64,000 nucleotides of DNA. It comes from an uncultured Candidatus Entotheonella sp. Its GTDB lineage: Bacteria; Tectomicrobia; Entotheonellia; Entotheonellales; Entotheonellaceae. Location: contig CBDCDA010000002.1 of assembly GCA_965215335.1 (NCBI GenBank), positions 576,001-640,000 on the forward strand, in the 5' to 3' direction. Positions 40,359-50,222 of this stretch are shown here, in pieces; positions within the stretch are counted from its first letter, which is position 1; each line of letters opens with the position of its first letter. The notes beneath the pieces are model-generated. The model had not been told where the DNA came from. It saw only the letters and a list, made by a program, of their open reading frames with translations, and did not search any database. A program made the position numbers and the translations under genes.

Positions 40359-40529
40359 GACTTGTATCTCCAAATTGCAGGTTATACATGACGTTTCCGT
40401 CACTTGAAAGAATACGATAACGTCGTCTATGTGTCAATGGTCTTCTTGAGGCTCATCGTGAAGTCAGAGGTCAAAGGAATTTCCGGGCAGTGCCAAGGTC
40501 CCATGCATCTCTGCCTACACGAGGGAAGT

Positions 40530-40556
40530 CCTACGTCGTATTGCATACGACGTAGG
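40530..40556. promoter_or_regulatory. Perfect 12-3-12 palindrome, putative operator
   Basis: CCTACGTCGTAT-TGC-ATACGACGTAGG between the divergent Ubl operon and the HTH gene. Confidence 0.75.
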
Positions 40557-40649
40557 TGTCTCCTATGATGGACGCCTACGTCATGCAGGAAGTCAGGAAC
40601 TACCTGAAGAAGCATAACGAGATCGTCACCGCGAGCATACGTATCCGGC

Positions 40650-41012
40650 ATGTCAGAATCAGCCGTCCCTTCACAACTTTTTCCGCACAGGCTACGCGTT
40701 GCGCGTGAGTTGCGTGAGCTGAACCAAGGGCAGCTGGCCCAGCGCGCGAAACTTCAGCCATCGGCGATTTCCCATTTCGAAACAGGATCGCGCAAGCCGT
40801 CCTTCGACAATTTGAAGAGGCTTGCCGATGCACTCGATGTCACGACGGACTATCTGCTGGGTCGGGTTGACGACCCGGCCGGCCTTGCGGGTGCGGAGCG
40901 TATCCACCGCCATCTAGGCCAACTCACTGGATCGGATCGCAAAACCGCGGAAGATATGATCGAGATGTTGGCCCAACGGGCCCAACAGCGTAGTGGTCGA
41001 AGGAAATCATGA
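40650..41012 (+). CDS. XRE-family HTH regulator (CapH-like)
   Basis: RLRVARE...Q..LA......SAISHFETGSRKPSFDNL..LADALDVTTDYLLGR. Confidence 0.92.
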   Translation: MSESAVPSQLFPHRLRVARELRELNQGQLAQRAKLQPSAISHFETGSRKPSFDNLKRLADALDVTTDYLLGRVDDPAGLAGAERIHRHLGQLTGSDRKTAEDMIEMLAQRAQQRSGRRKS

Positions 41013-41878
41013 TGGCAGGCAGGAGCCGCGATGATATGGCTGCGTTGGAAGCCGAACGACTGATCAGGGAGCAGGAGATCAAAAGCCTTCCGGTAGACCC
41101 AACAGCAATTGCGGAGTCGCTAGGAATCCTGGTCGAACCAAAATTAACAAAGGGCGGGGTTTCCGGAATGCTGGTTCGAGCGGGCGACGAGTTTGGTATT
41201 GCCTACGCCACCCATATCGAGAGCGAAGGATTCAAACGGTTTTGCATTGCGCATGAGATCGGGCATTACCGAATACCAGGCCACATAGATGCCGTTTTGG
41301 CGCATGGAGATATCCATGAGTCGCATGCCGGATTCGTGCAAGACGACGCCTACGAACGAGAGGCTGATCATTTTGCCGCGTCACTTTTAATGCCGGGTGA
41401 ACTTTTTACCAAGGAGATGCGATTAGTTGGGGATGGCTTGCAAGCGATCGAGGATCTTGCCGACCGCTGCATCACGTCGTTGCCTGCAGCTGCCATTCGC
41501 TATGTCAAAAGGGCTGAGGTGCCTGTAGCCATGGTCATTAGCACGGGACCGCGAATTGACTATTGTTTCATGTCGGCTCCCTTGCAGGAATTCGGCTCCC
41601 TAGATTGGCCACGTAAAGGCCAGCGTCTGCCGGGAGGTTCTGAGACGGATGAATTCAATTCAGAACCGGAGAACATACGAGCGGCCCGGCGCGCCGAGGC
41701 CGAAGTCAACTTGCGAATATGGTTCGGCGGTCAGCGCGAGATACCCGGAATAGAAGAGATAATAGGGCTGGGACGATACGGAAAGACGCTCACCATTTTG
41801 TCCTCAGAGATAGATGCTGACGTCGAAGACGAACAAGATGAACTGGAAGAAAGCTGGACACCCCGGTTTCGCCGTTAG
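41009..41878 (+). CDS. ImmA/IrrE-family metallopeptidase (CapP-like)
   Basis: RFCIAHEIGHY (HExxH), EREADHFAASLLMP; coupled to the HTH gene. Confidence 0.9.
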   Translation: MMAGRSRDDMAALEAERLIREQEIKSLPVDPTAIAESLGILVEPKLTKGGVSGMLVRAGDEFGIAYATHIESEGFKRFCIAHEIGHYRIPGHIDAVLAHGDIHESHAGFVQDDAYEREADHFAASLLMPGELFTKEMRLVGDGLQAIEDLADRCITSLPAAAIRYVKRAEVPVAMVISTGPRIDYCFMSAPLQEFGSLDWPRKGQRLPGGSETDEFNSEPENIRAARRAEAEVNLRIWFGGQREIPGIEEIIGLGRYGKTLTILSSEIDADVEDEQDELEESWTPRFRR

Positions 41879-41999
41879 AGATGGTTAAGGGTGTCATCCC
41901 GATTGGTTCGAAAATTCCGCTAGGCGTATGGTCCCGATTTTGAAGTTCTTTTTGAAGCTCTGATGATGATATGGGACAGTTTTCCCAATAAGATCAACG

Positions 42000-42110
42000 T
42001 GGCGCCAAAAAAGCCTGGCCGTTCGAGCCACTGGTGCCGAGCGCCGAAACGCCCGCTGCCATACGCAAAGCTCGCCGCAAGAGCGCCCGGACCGCTGAAA
42101 ACATCAAAAA
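42000..42110 (+). pseudogene. Possible RelB/DinJ antitoxin C-terminal remnant
   Basis: PFEPLVPSAETPAAIRKAR resembles a DinJ C-terminus; no intact ORF. Confidence 0.35.
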
Positions 42111-42125
42111 CCCGAAGAACTCAAC

Positions 42126-45100
42126 ATGACGGCCGAAGTGCCCATCCACGAAGGACAAGTCCTGACCGGCCCGCTGTTCAACGAGCCGATGCGGGTGGAA
42201 ACCGTGCGCCCAAACGGGCCCGGCATCTGGGTCGCCGGTCTCGTCGGCCAGCGGTCCGAGCAGTTCCGCCAAGTCGTGCTCGGCACGGATGACCTCTCGA
42301 ACCTGACCATTGCCGACGCCGCGTTTTCCTACGGAGGCGACGGCCGACCTCTGCGGGTCGGCCTGCAAGCCTACGCCCTCGGTATCGCCTACGAGTTCGA
42401 TCCCTATTTCGGGCTTTCCATCTCGCGCGTGGACCCACTGCCGCACCAGTTGGAGGCCGTCTACGAGTACCTGCTCAAGTTGCCCAGCGTGCGTTTCCTG
42501 CTCGCTGACGACGCCGGCGCCGGCAAGACCATCATGGCCGGCCTTCTCATCCGCGAGCTCAAGCTGCGGGGCCTCGTCGAGCGGGTTGGGGTCGTCTGCC
42601 CGGCCAACCTGACGTTCCAGTGGCAACGCGAGCTCAAGGAAAAGTTCGACGAGACCTTCATCGTCTTCAAAGGCAGCGATATCCGCGACCAGTTCGGTGT
42701 CAATCAGTGGATAGAGCAAAAGCAGGTCATCACCTCACTCGATCTTGCCAAGCGCAAGGACGTCCTGCCCGGCCTCAAGCAGGTGCACTGGGACCTGGTC
42801 ATCGTCGATGAGGCGCACCGCATGTCGGCGCGCGACGAGACCCACAAAAGCCAGCGTTACGCCCTGGGCGAATTGCTGCGCGACCGTGCCGATCACATCC
42901 TGCTGTTGACCGCGACACCCCACAAGGGCGACCCGCAGAACTTCACGCTGTTCCTGCAACTGCTCGACCGGGACGCTTACGCCGACGTGCGGTCGATTCG
43001 CGAGGCGATGGAGCGGCAGCGAGCCCCCTTCTACCTGCGCCGCACAAAGGAGGCGATGGTCTATTTTCCAGAGCACCAGGCAGATGGCTCATGGGTCGCA
43101 CAGCCGGTATTCACGAAACGCATTCCTCACACCGCCGCCTTCGCCATCGACGGCGCTGAGTTCGATCTGTATGAGAAGATCACACGCTTTGTGAAGCGCC
43201 AGAGTGCCCGCGCCGCGGCGCAGGGCGATGACCCTCGCGCCCGGGCCATCGGATTCCTGATGTCACTGTACCAGCGGCGCCTGGCTTCCAGCACCTATGC
43301 CATGCGGCGGTCGCTGGAAAACCGGGCCAAACGGTTGGAGGATGGCCTCAAGCACGCCCAGGAACTGGTGCGCACCGCACCGCCGGACCTCCCCGATCTG
43401 GAAGAGATCGAGGAGCTTGAGGACGCTGAGCGTGAACGCCTGGAGCGCATGCTGGAAGCGATCACGCTGGCCGGCAATGCCGATCAGGTGCGCAAAGAGA
43501 TCGGCGAGCTGCGGGAGCTTGCAGAAGACGCCAAGGTCGTCGAAGGCTCGCGCAGCGAAGCGAAGCTCGCCCGACTCCGGGATATTCTTCAACAGGAGGG
43601 GTTCTTTGACCGCCCCGATCAACGTCTGCTGCTTTTCACCGAGTTCAGGGACACCCTCGACCACTTGATGGAACAGTTGCGGGCCTGGGGCTTCCGGACA
43701 GGCTGCATTCACGGCGGCATGAAGTCCGGTTCACGCGACGAACCCGGCACCCGCCTGCATGTCGAGCAGCAATTCCGTGACGGGCATATCCAGGTCCTGG
43801 TGGCCACCGAAGCGGCCGGCGAAGGCATCAACCTGCAGTGTTGCCACATTCTGTTCAACTACGACATCCCCTGGAACCCGAACCGACTCGAACAGCGCAT
43901 GGGCCGCATTCACCGCTACGGACAGCGGCAGGACTGCCTGATATTCAACTTCGTAGCCACCAACACCATCGAAGGACGAGTACTCCAACGTCTCCTGGAC
44001 AAGCTGCGGGAAATCCGCGACGCCCTTGATGACGATGCCGTGTTCAACGTGGTGGGCGAGGTCTTGCCGGCCGCTCATGTGGAGCGTGTCCTGCGTGACT
44101 ATTATGCGGGCAAGCTGGGCGACGCCGATCTCGAGGAGCGCCTCCTGAAGGACGTCGATGAGAAGCACTTCCGCAACATCTGTCAAACAGCACTGGAAGG
44201 CCTGGCGGCCAAAAGGCTCAATCTCGACATGCTCATCGAGCGCCGGGCGCGGGCGCAGGAGCGGCGCGTCGTGCCCGAGACCATCGCGCGTTTCATCACG
44301 GAATGCGCCCAGGATGCCGGCCTGGCGCTGCGGCCCGCAGGCAACTTGGCACATACATTCGAGCCGGGCCGCACACCGCCCGGCCTGAAGAAGTACGAGC
44401 GCGAGCCGGGCTGGAAACTCCCGGCGCTGGCGGTGCGCTATCCGCGGTTATCGACCGACCGCGATGCGGCCGAGGCAAACAACCTCGAATGGGTGACCCC
44501 CGGCCACCCGCTTTTCGAGGCCCTGCGCCGGCACAGCCTTGAGCGCAGCCAGGAAGCCTTCGCCAAGGGCGCCTGTTTCCATTCGCTGGCGCACGACGCC
44601 CCGGCGCGCCTGGATTTCTACCGGGCGCGGGTCGTGGACGGCCTTGGGCACGTCATCCACGAGCGGCTGTTCGCCCTGGAGTTGGCGCCCGACGGCACGC
44701 CTTGTCTTCGTGAGCCGGACGTTCTGGGCAATCTCAGCCCCACTTCGGCCGTTCCCGATCTGCCGCCTGTGGCCGCTTTCCCGGAGGCAACGGGCTGGCT
44801 CCATCACAACGCCCTGGTGCACTTTGTCAACGAGGTCCGTGCCGAACGCCTGGCCGAGGTCGAGCGTATTGCGAAACACGTCCAGCTTTCCCTGACCGAG
44901 GTTTTGCAGCGTATCGACGACGAGATCGGTCGCGCCGCCGCGGAAGTCGAAGCCGGCGTCACCGGTGCCGAGGGCCGCCTTGCGCAGGCCGAAGCCCGGC
45001 ACGCCGAGGTCATGGCGCGCCGCCAGCGGCGGCGCGAAGAGCTCGAACGGCAGCAGGCGGTGACCCTGCAGGGCGTCGAGCGGATGGCCAGCGTGCTCCT

Positions 45101-45566
45101 CCTGCCCCACCCCGAACGCGAAACCCCGGAGGTGCGGCGCCTGCGCCCGAACCCCGAAACCGAAATGACGGCCATGCGGGTGGTCATGGCATACGAGGCC
45201 GCGCAGGGGCGCGAGGTGCGCGACGTACATAAAGAGAACCTCGGCTACGACGTCAGGAGTCTCGATCTGCAATCGGGTGAGTTGCGCCTGATCGAGGTCA
45301 AGGGCCTCGCGGGTTCTACCGGCAGCGTCCTGCTGACCCCCAACGAGCGTGGTGTGGCGGAGGATCGCCGGGATTGTTACTGGCTCTACGTGGTAACCAA
45401 CTGCGCAAACGACCCGGAACTTCAGGAGCCGGTCCGCGACCCGGCCAGCTTCGCATGGCGTGAAGTGACCAAGGTGCAGCATTACTGGCTGGACGTGCAT
45501 GCGCTGCAGCAGCCGATGGAGGTGCGGGAAGACGGGGGGATCTACAGCGGTACGAACGGGCTGTGA
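42126..45566 (+). CDS. SNF2-family helicase with C-terminal DUF3883 (PD-(D/E)xK) nuclease domain
   Basis: LLADDAGAGKT, DEAH, TATPH, EQRMGRIHRYGQ; GYDVRS...LIEVKG. Confidence 0.92.
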   Translation: MTAEVPIHEGQVLTGPLFNEPMRVETVRPNGPGIWVAGLVGQRSEQFRQVVLGTDDLSNLTIADAAFSYGGDGRPLRVGLQAYALGIAYEFDPYFGLSISRVDPLPHQLEAVYEYLLKLPSVRFLLADDAGAGKTIMAGLLIRELKLRGLVERVGVVCPANLTFQWQRELKEKFDETFIVFKGSDIRDQFGVNQWIEQKQVITSLDLAKRKDVLPGLKQVHWDLVIVDEAHRMSARDETHKSQRYALGELLRDRADHILLLTATPHKGDPQNFTLFLQLLDRDAYADVRSIREAMERQRAPFYLRRTKEAMVYFPEHQADGSWVAQPVFTKRIPHTAAFAIDGAEFDLYEKITRFVKRQSARAAAQGDDPRARAIGFLMSLYQRRLASSTYAMRRSLENRAKRLEDGLKHAQELVRTAPPDLPDLEEIEELEDAERERLERMLEAITLAGNADQVRKEIGELRELAEDAKVVEGSRSEAKLARLRDILQQEGFFDRPDQRLLLFTEFRDTLDHLMEQLRAWGFRTGCIHGGMKSGSRDEPGTRLHVEQQFRDGHIQVLVATEAAGEGINLQCCHILFNYDIPWNPNRLEQRMGRIHRYGQRQDCLIFNFVATNTIEGRVLQRLLDKLREIRDALDDDAVFNVVGEVLPAAHVERVLRDYYAGKLGDADLEERLLKDVDEKHFRNICQTALEGLAAKRLNLDMLIERRARAQERRVVPETIARFITECAQDAGLALRPAGNLAHTFEPGRTPPGLKKYEREPGWKLPALAVRYPRLSTDRDAAEANNLEWVTPGHPLFEALRRHSLERSQEAFAKGACFHSLAHDAPARLDFYRARVVDGLGHVIHERLFALELAPDGTPCLREPDVLGNLSPTSAVPDLPPVAAFPEATGWLHHNALVHFVNEVRAERLAEVERIAKHVQLSLTEVLQRIDDEIGRAAAEVEAGVTGAEGRLAQAEARHAEVMARRQRRREELERQQAVTLQGVERMASVLLLPHPERETPEVRRLRPNPETEMTAMRVVMAYEAAQGREVRDVHKENLGYDVRSLDLQSGELRLIEVKGLAGSTGSVLLTPNERGVAEDRRDCYWLYVVTNCANDPELQEPVRDPASFAWREVTKVQHYWLDVHALQQPMEVREDGGIYSGTNGL

Positions 45567-45585
45567 AGGAAGGAGGGATGCGGCA

Positions 45586-45972
45586 ATGGATGCGAAATAC
45601 AAGCACCTCGAATTTATCCAGGGCGTGATCAACCGTCTCGCCACTGATTCGTTTCGTATAAAAGGGTGGGCTGTGGTCCTGGTTTCAGCCTTGCTGGTCC
45701 TGTTCGCCAGAGAAGACCGCGGCGGGTTCGTTTGTATTGGGTTTGTTCCGGTGTTCGTGTTCTGGGGCCTCGATGGCTATTTCCTCTGGCAAGAACGCTT
45801 GTTTCGAGACCTCTACGATTATGTCCGAACCTTGGACGGATCGGAGGTCGATTTCTCAATGAACATCGGAGCGTTCAAGCGAACTTGGTTGGGTGCAACA
45901 TTTTCAAGAACGTTGGTTCCCTTCCACCTAGCATTGGCTCTGTCGGTCGGTCTTGCAGTGATGATCAGTTAA
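45586..45972 (+). CDS. Small multi-pass membrane protein, putative effector
   Basis: KHLEFIQGVINRLA..SF.IKGW followed by ~3 hydrophobic segments; FWGLDGYFL.QERLFR. Confidence 0.75.
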   Translation: MDAKYKHLEFIQGVINRLATDSFRIKGWAVVLVSALLVLFAREDRGGFVCIGFVPVFVFWGLDGYFLWQERLFRDLYDYVRTLDGSEVDFSMNIGAFKRTWLGATFSRTLVPFHLALALSVGLAVMIS

Positions 45973-45995
45973 ATGAAGAAGGGGGTCTTACCTAA

Positions 45996-46487
45996 ATGAA
46001 ACGCCGGGTGTTTTACAGTTTTCACTATAAACCGGACAGTTGGCGGGCTGCTATGGTACGCAACATCGGCAGCATTGAAGGGAATAATCCCGCCTCCGAC
46101 AATGACTGGGAAGTGGTGAAGAGAGGCGGTGATGTAGCCATAAAACGGTGGATTGATGGTCAGATGAACTACCGTTCCTGCACAGTCGTATTGGTTGGAT
46201 CGAGGACGGCAAACCGCAAGTGGATTAATCACGAAATCGTCAAATCCTGGAAGGACGGCATGGGTGTGGTAGGGATTCATATTCACGGATTGGAAGATAT
46301 GAACAGCCAAACGGCATGCAAGGGGGCCAATCCATTTTCCTTTATTACGGTCTCTAATAGCCCTCTATCCTCAATAGTGGAATGCCATGACCCAAAGGGC
46401 CGCAGCAGCAGGGAACGATACGGTTGGATCTCCCAGCATCTTGCCAACGCGATCGAGGAGGCCATACGCATCCGAAAACAATACTGA
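45996..46487 (+). CDS. TIR-domain protein (ThsB/DUF1863-like)
   Basis: RRVFYSFHY..D.WR, IKRWID.QM...SCTVVLVG..TA.RKWINHEI..S (catalytic Glu). Confidence 0.9.
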   Translation: MKRRVFYSFHYKPDSWRAAMVRNIGSIEGNNPASDNDWEVVKRGGDVAIKRWIDGQMNYRSCTVVLVGSRTANRKWINHEIVKSWKDGMGVVGIHIHGLEDMNSQTACKGANPFSFITVSNSPLSSIVECHDPKGRSSRERYGWISQHLANAIEEAIRIRKQY

Positions 46488-46543
46488 GTGTTATTGACCG
46501 GTTGGGGTAGAAACCGGTCTTATCGACTTTCGGGGGAGAGTCT

Positions 46544-49526
46544 ATGGTCCCCAGAGCCTGCAAACGCCTCGCCGAGGCGGACTTCCCGATTGCCGAGGTG
46601 TCAAGGCACGCCGCCCGGGAAAAGTCGATCCGGCACGGGCATCCGTCCACCCTGCACCTGTGGTGGGCGCGGCGGCCGCTGGCCTCGTCGCGGGCGGTGC
46701 TGCTGGCGCTATTGCTGCCCGACCCGTGCGATCCGCACTGCCCGGAAGCGTTCAAGAAAGAAGCGCGTACACACCTTCCAGCCGTCGGCTGCGACGAAGG
46801 CAGGACCGACAAAGACCTGCAGCGCGGCCTGCTGAAGTTCATCGCCGACTTTCGCCAACTGGGACGTGGCTGCCCATCCCGCCTACCTTGCAGCCGGCCG
46901 CGCCCTGGTGCGGGCCGCGCACGGTGAGGAGCCACCCCTGGTGGTGGACCCGTTCGCGGGCGGCGGCTCGATCCCGCTGGAGGCGCTGCGGCTGGGCTGC
47001 GAGGCGTTCGCCAGTGACCTCAATCCGGTGGCGTGTCTGATCCTCAAGGTGATGCTCGAAGACATCCCACGCCACGGGCCGGAACTGGCGGATGAACTCC
47101 GGCGCGTGGGCGCGGAGATCAAGGCAAAGGCTGAAATGGATCTGGCCCATCTCTATCCGAAGGACGCGGATGGGGCGACGCCGATTGCCTACCTGTGGGC
47201 CAGAACCGTGCGCTGCGAAGCGCCGAACTGTGGCGCGGAAATCCCGCTGCTGCGTTCGTTCTGGCTGTGCAGGAAGCCCAAGCGCAAGCGGGCGCTGCGA
47301 CACCGAGTCGAGCGCCGCGAGGGTGGACCGCCGCACGTCGAGTTCGAGGTGTTCGAGCCACAGGCGGACAAAGAGGTACACGGCGGCACGGTAGCGCGGG
47401 CGCGGGCGACCTGTCTGTGCTGTGGCGCGGTGCTGCCGCCGGAGCGGGTACGGGCGCAGCTCGCCGCGCAAAAGGGCGGCGCCGACGTGGTCTTCGATGC
47501 GTCGGGCCGACGGACCGGCGGGGCGCGCCTGACCGCGGTGGTAACGCTCAAGCCCGGACAGGCCGGGCGGCATTACCGGCTGCCGGCAGACGCCGACTAC
47601 GCGGCGGCATGCCGGGCGCAAGCACGGCTGGCGGAGATCCTCGGCGAATGGGAACGCGGCGGCAAGCAGGGGCTTTGCCCGGTGCCGGATGAGCCAACTC
47701 CAACCAAAGACACGCACCGTGCTGTCGGGAGTCAACTTCCTTTGTACAACATGACTATATTCGGCGACCTCTTCACGGCGCGGCAGAAGGTGGCGTTGGC
47801 GGCATTGGCACATCTACTCCTGAAGGCGGATGGCTCAGCCGGTGCACGATCAGTATTGGCTTTGAGCATAAGTCGGCTTTCAGACATTGCGAACTGCCTC
47901 TGTTGCTGGGAGAACACCAAGAATCAAGTACGACATCTTTTCACTCGACAGGCAATTCCTATGGTTTGGGATTTCGCCGAGGCCAGTTTCTTTGGCGGGC
48001 AGGCGGGAGATTACTCAACCACCCTAAATACGATGATTCACGTGGTTGACCAACTTTCAAGGTGCTATGTGGAGCAAGGCCAAATCCAACCCGCAGACGC
48101 GACCGTCCATCCGCTGCCCGACCAGACCGCTGGAGTCTGGTTCACCGATCCGCCGTATTACGACGCGATTCCTTATGCCGACCTTTCCGATTTCTTCTTG
48201 GTTTGGCTCAAACGCTCCCTACCTGGTCACTCCCTACTGCGCGACCCGTTCGACTCGGATAATCCGCTTTCGCCCAAGATTCGCGAGGCAATGCAGGACA
48301 AAACCAAGCGTGCCGACGGCCGACCTAAGGATCGCGAATGGTTCGAGGAGACGATGGCCAAGACGTTCGCCGAAGGCCGCCGCGTGCTCAACGAAGACGG
48401 CGTTGGCTCCGTCGTCTTCGCCCACAAGACCACCGAGGGCTGGGAGGCACTGCTCTCCGGCATGATTCGCGGCGGCTGGACCCTCACCGGCTCCTGGCCG
48501 ATTGCGACCGAGATGGGCACCCGACTCAACGCACGCGATACCGCATCTCTTGCCACCAGCATCCACCTCATCTGCCGCCCACGCCCCGAGAACGCTCCCG
48601 TCGGCGACTGGGCCCATGTCCTGCGCGAACTGCCGGGCCGCGTCGCCGACTGGATGGACCGGCTGCAAGATGAAGGCGTGCGCGGCGCCGATCTCGTCTT
48701 CGCCTGCATCGGCCCGGCCCTGGAAATCTTCAGCCGCTATCAAGCCGTCGAAACCGCCGACGGCCGCCCCATCGGCCTGCCCGAATACCTGGAAAAAGTC
48801 TGGGAAGTCGTGGGCCGCACCGCGCTGAATGAAATACTCGGCGCCGCGGAAGCTCAAGCGCGCAACGGCTTCAGCGGCGCCCTGGAAGAAGACGCCCGCC
48901 TGACCGCGCTCTTCCTGTGGACCCTCCAGAGCACGGACACCACCCAGGAAAACGACCAGCCGGAACAGGAAGACGACACCGGTGACGACGACGGCACCGC
49001 CAGGACCGCAGCCAGAGGCTTCAGCCTGCCCTTCGACGTGGTGCGCCGCTTCGCCCAGCCCATGGGCATTGACCTGGACGCCTGGACCGGCCGCATCATC
49101 GGTCAGTCAAAGGGCGTGGTGCGCCTGCTGCCGGTGGCGGAGCGGGCGAAAGATCTATTTGGCGAAAATGATTCGGGTGTTGCCGCCGACTGGATCGAGA
49201 ACGACCCAGGCACCAACATACAGACGACACTCTTCCCCGAACTGGACGCTGCGCGGAAGCCAAGAAACCGCCGCCGTGGCCGGAAGAGCGTCCTTGACAG
49301 CGATGCGGACCTTCGGGCGATCGACGCCACTACGCTGGACCGAGTACACGCGGCGATGTTGCTGCAAGCCAGCGGCCATTCCAACGCACTACGGACGCTG
49401 ATCGGCGCCGAGCAGGAACGCGGCCCCTACTTCCTGCGACTGGCCAACGCGCTGTCTGCCCTGTACCCGCGCGGCAGTGCGGAAAAGCGCCTGCTTGATG
49501 CCATGCTGCTGGCCGTGCCGAGGTGA
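46544..49526 (+). pseudogene. DUF1156-family DNA amino-methyltransferase, +1 frameshift near 46851
   Basis: [27 protein letters not shown]; removing one T from GACTTTCGCC restores IADFANWD. Confidence 0.85.
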
Positions 49527-49581
49527 TCACGACACACCTTGCCTTGAACATGAGGCTTTCGCAGAGCACAAGGAGAGAACC

Positions 49582-49827
49582 ATGCTCCGTACCTATCACG
49601 CAACGATGTCGTGGGATGAGGAAGCTGCGGTCTGGTACGTGTCGGACACCGATTTTCCGGGGCTGGTCGCCGAAGCCGACACGCAGCGGGAATTGGTACG
49701 CAAGATTCATCAGCTTGTCCCGGAGTTGTTCGAGGCCAACCGTCATCTGTTTGATGAATCGATATCTGAAACCCTGCCTCTGCGGTTGACTTCGAGCAGG
49801 CTTGAGGCGATCAAACTGGTCGATTGA
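49582..49827 (+). CDS. DUF1902/HicB-like antitoxin
   Basis: WDEEAAVWYV..TD.PGLVAEADT..EL......VPELFEAN. Confidence 0.85.
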   Translation: MLRTYHATMSWDEEAAVWYVSDTDFPGLVAEADTQRELVRKIHQLVPELFEANRHLFDESISETLPLRLTSSRLEAIKLVD

Positions 49828-50021
49828 TGGCAAGCTACACGCGCTCCGTGAAGCGGGTTCTGAGGCAATCCGGCTGCTACCTCGTTCGCCAAGGACGGGG
49901 AGACCATGAGATCTGGTTCAGTCCGATTTCGGGCAAGAGCTTCCCCGTGGACAGCAATATCAAATCCCGGCATACCGCAAACGCCGTGCTCGCGCAAGCA
50001 GGTTTGCAAAAGGCATTTTGA
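49827..50021 (+). CDS. hicA: HicA-family mRNA interferase toxin
   Basis: RQGRGDHEIW.SP....FPVD..IKSRHTANAVL.QAGL. Confidence 0.88.
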   Translation: MASYTRSVKRVLRQSGCYLVRQGRGDHEIWFSPISGKSFPVDSNIKSRHTANAVLAQAGLQKAF

Positions 50022-50222
50022 CTTTCGGGCTGCTCGACGCCATGCTGCTGGCCGTGCCACGGCAGGTCAAAGCCACAAGCCACAGAAGGAAAAGACCATG
50101 ACGGCCGAGACCGAACTGCTTGCGCACCATCCAGATGCGATGCTCGAAGGCACGCTCATCGTGGTGACGCAAAACCGCGTGCGAATACGCTCCGGAGAAC
50201 ATGAGAAGAGAGGTCAGCCCTG

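Noticed and set aside
45567..46543. Integron cassette (attC) origin of the membrane protein + TIR module
   Set aside because: No RYYYAAC...GTTRRRY-bounded palindrome recognised and no intI in the window
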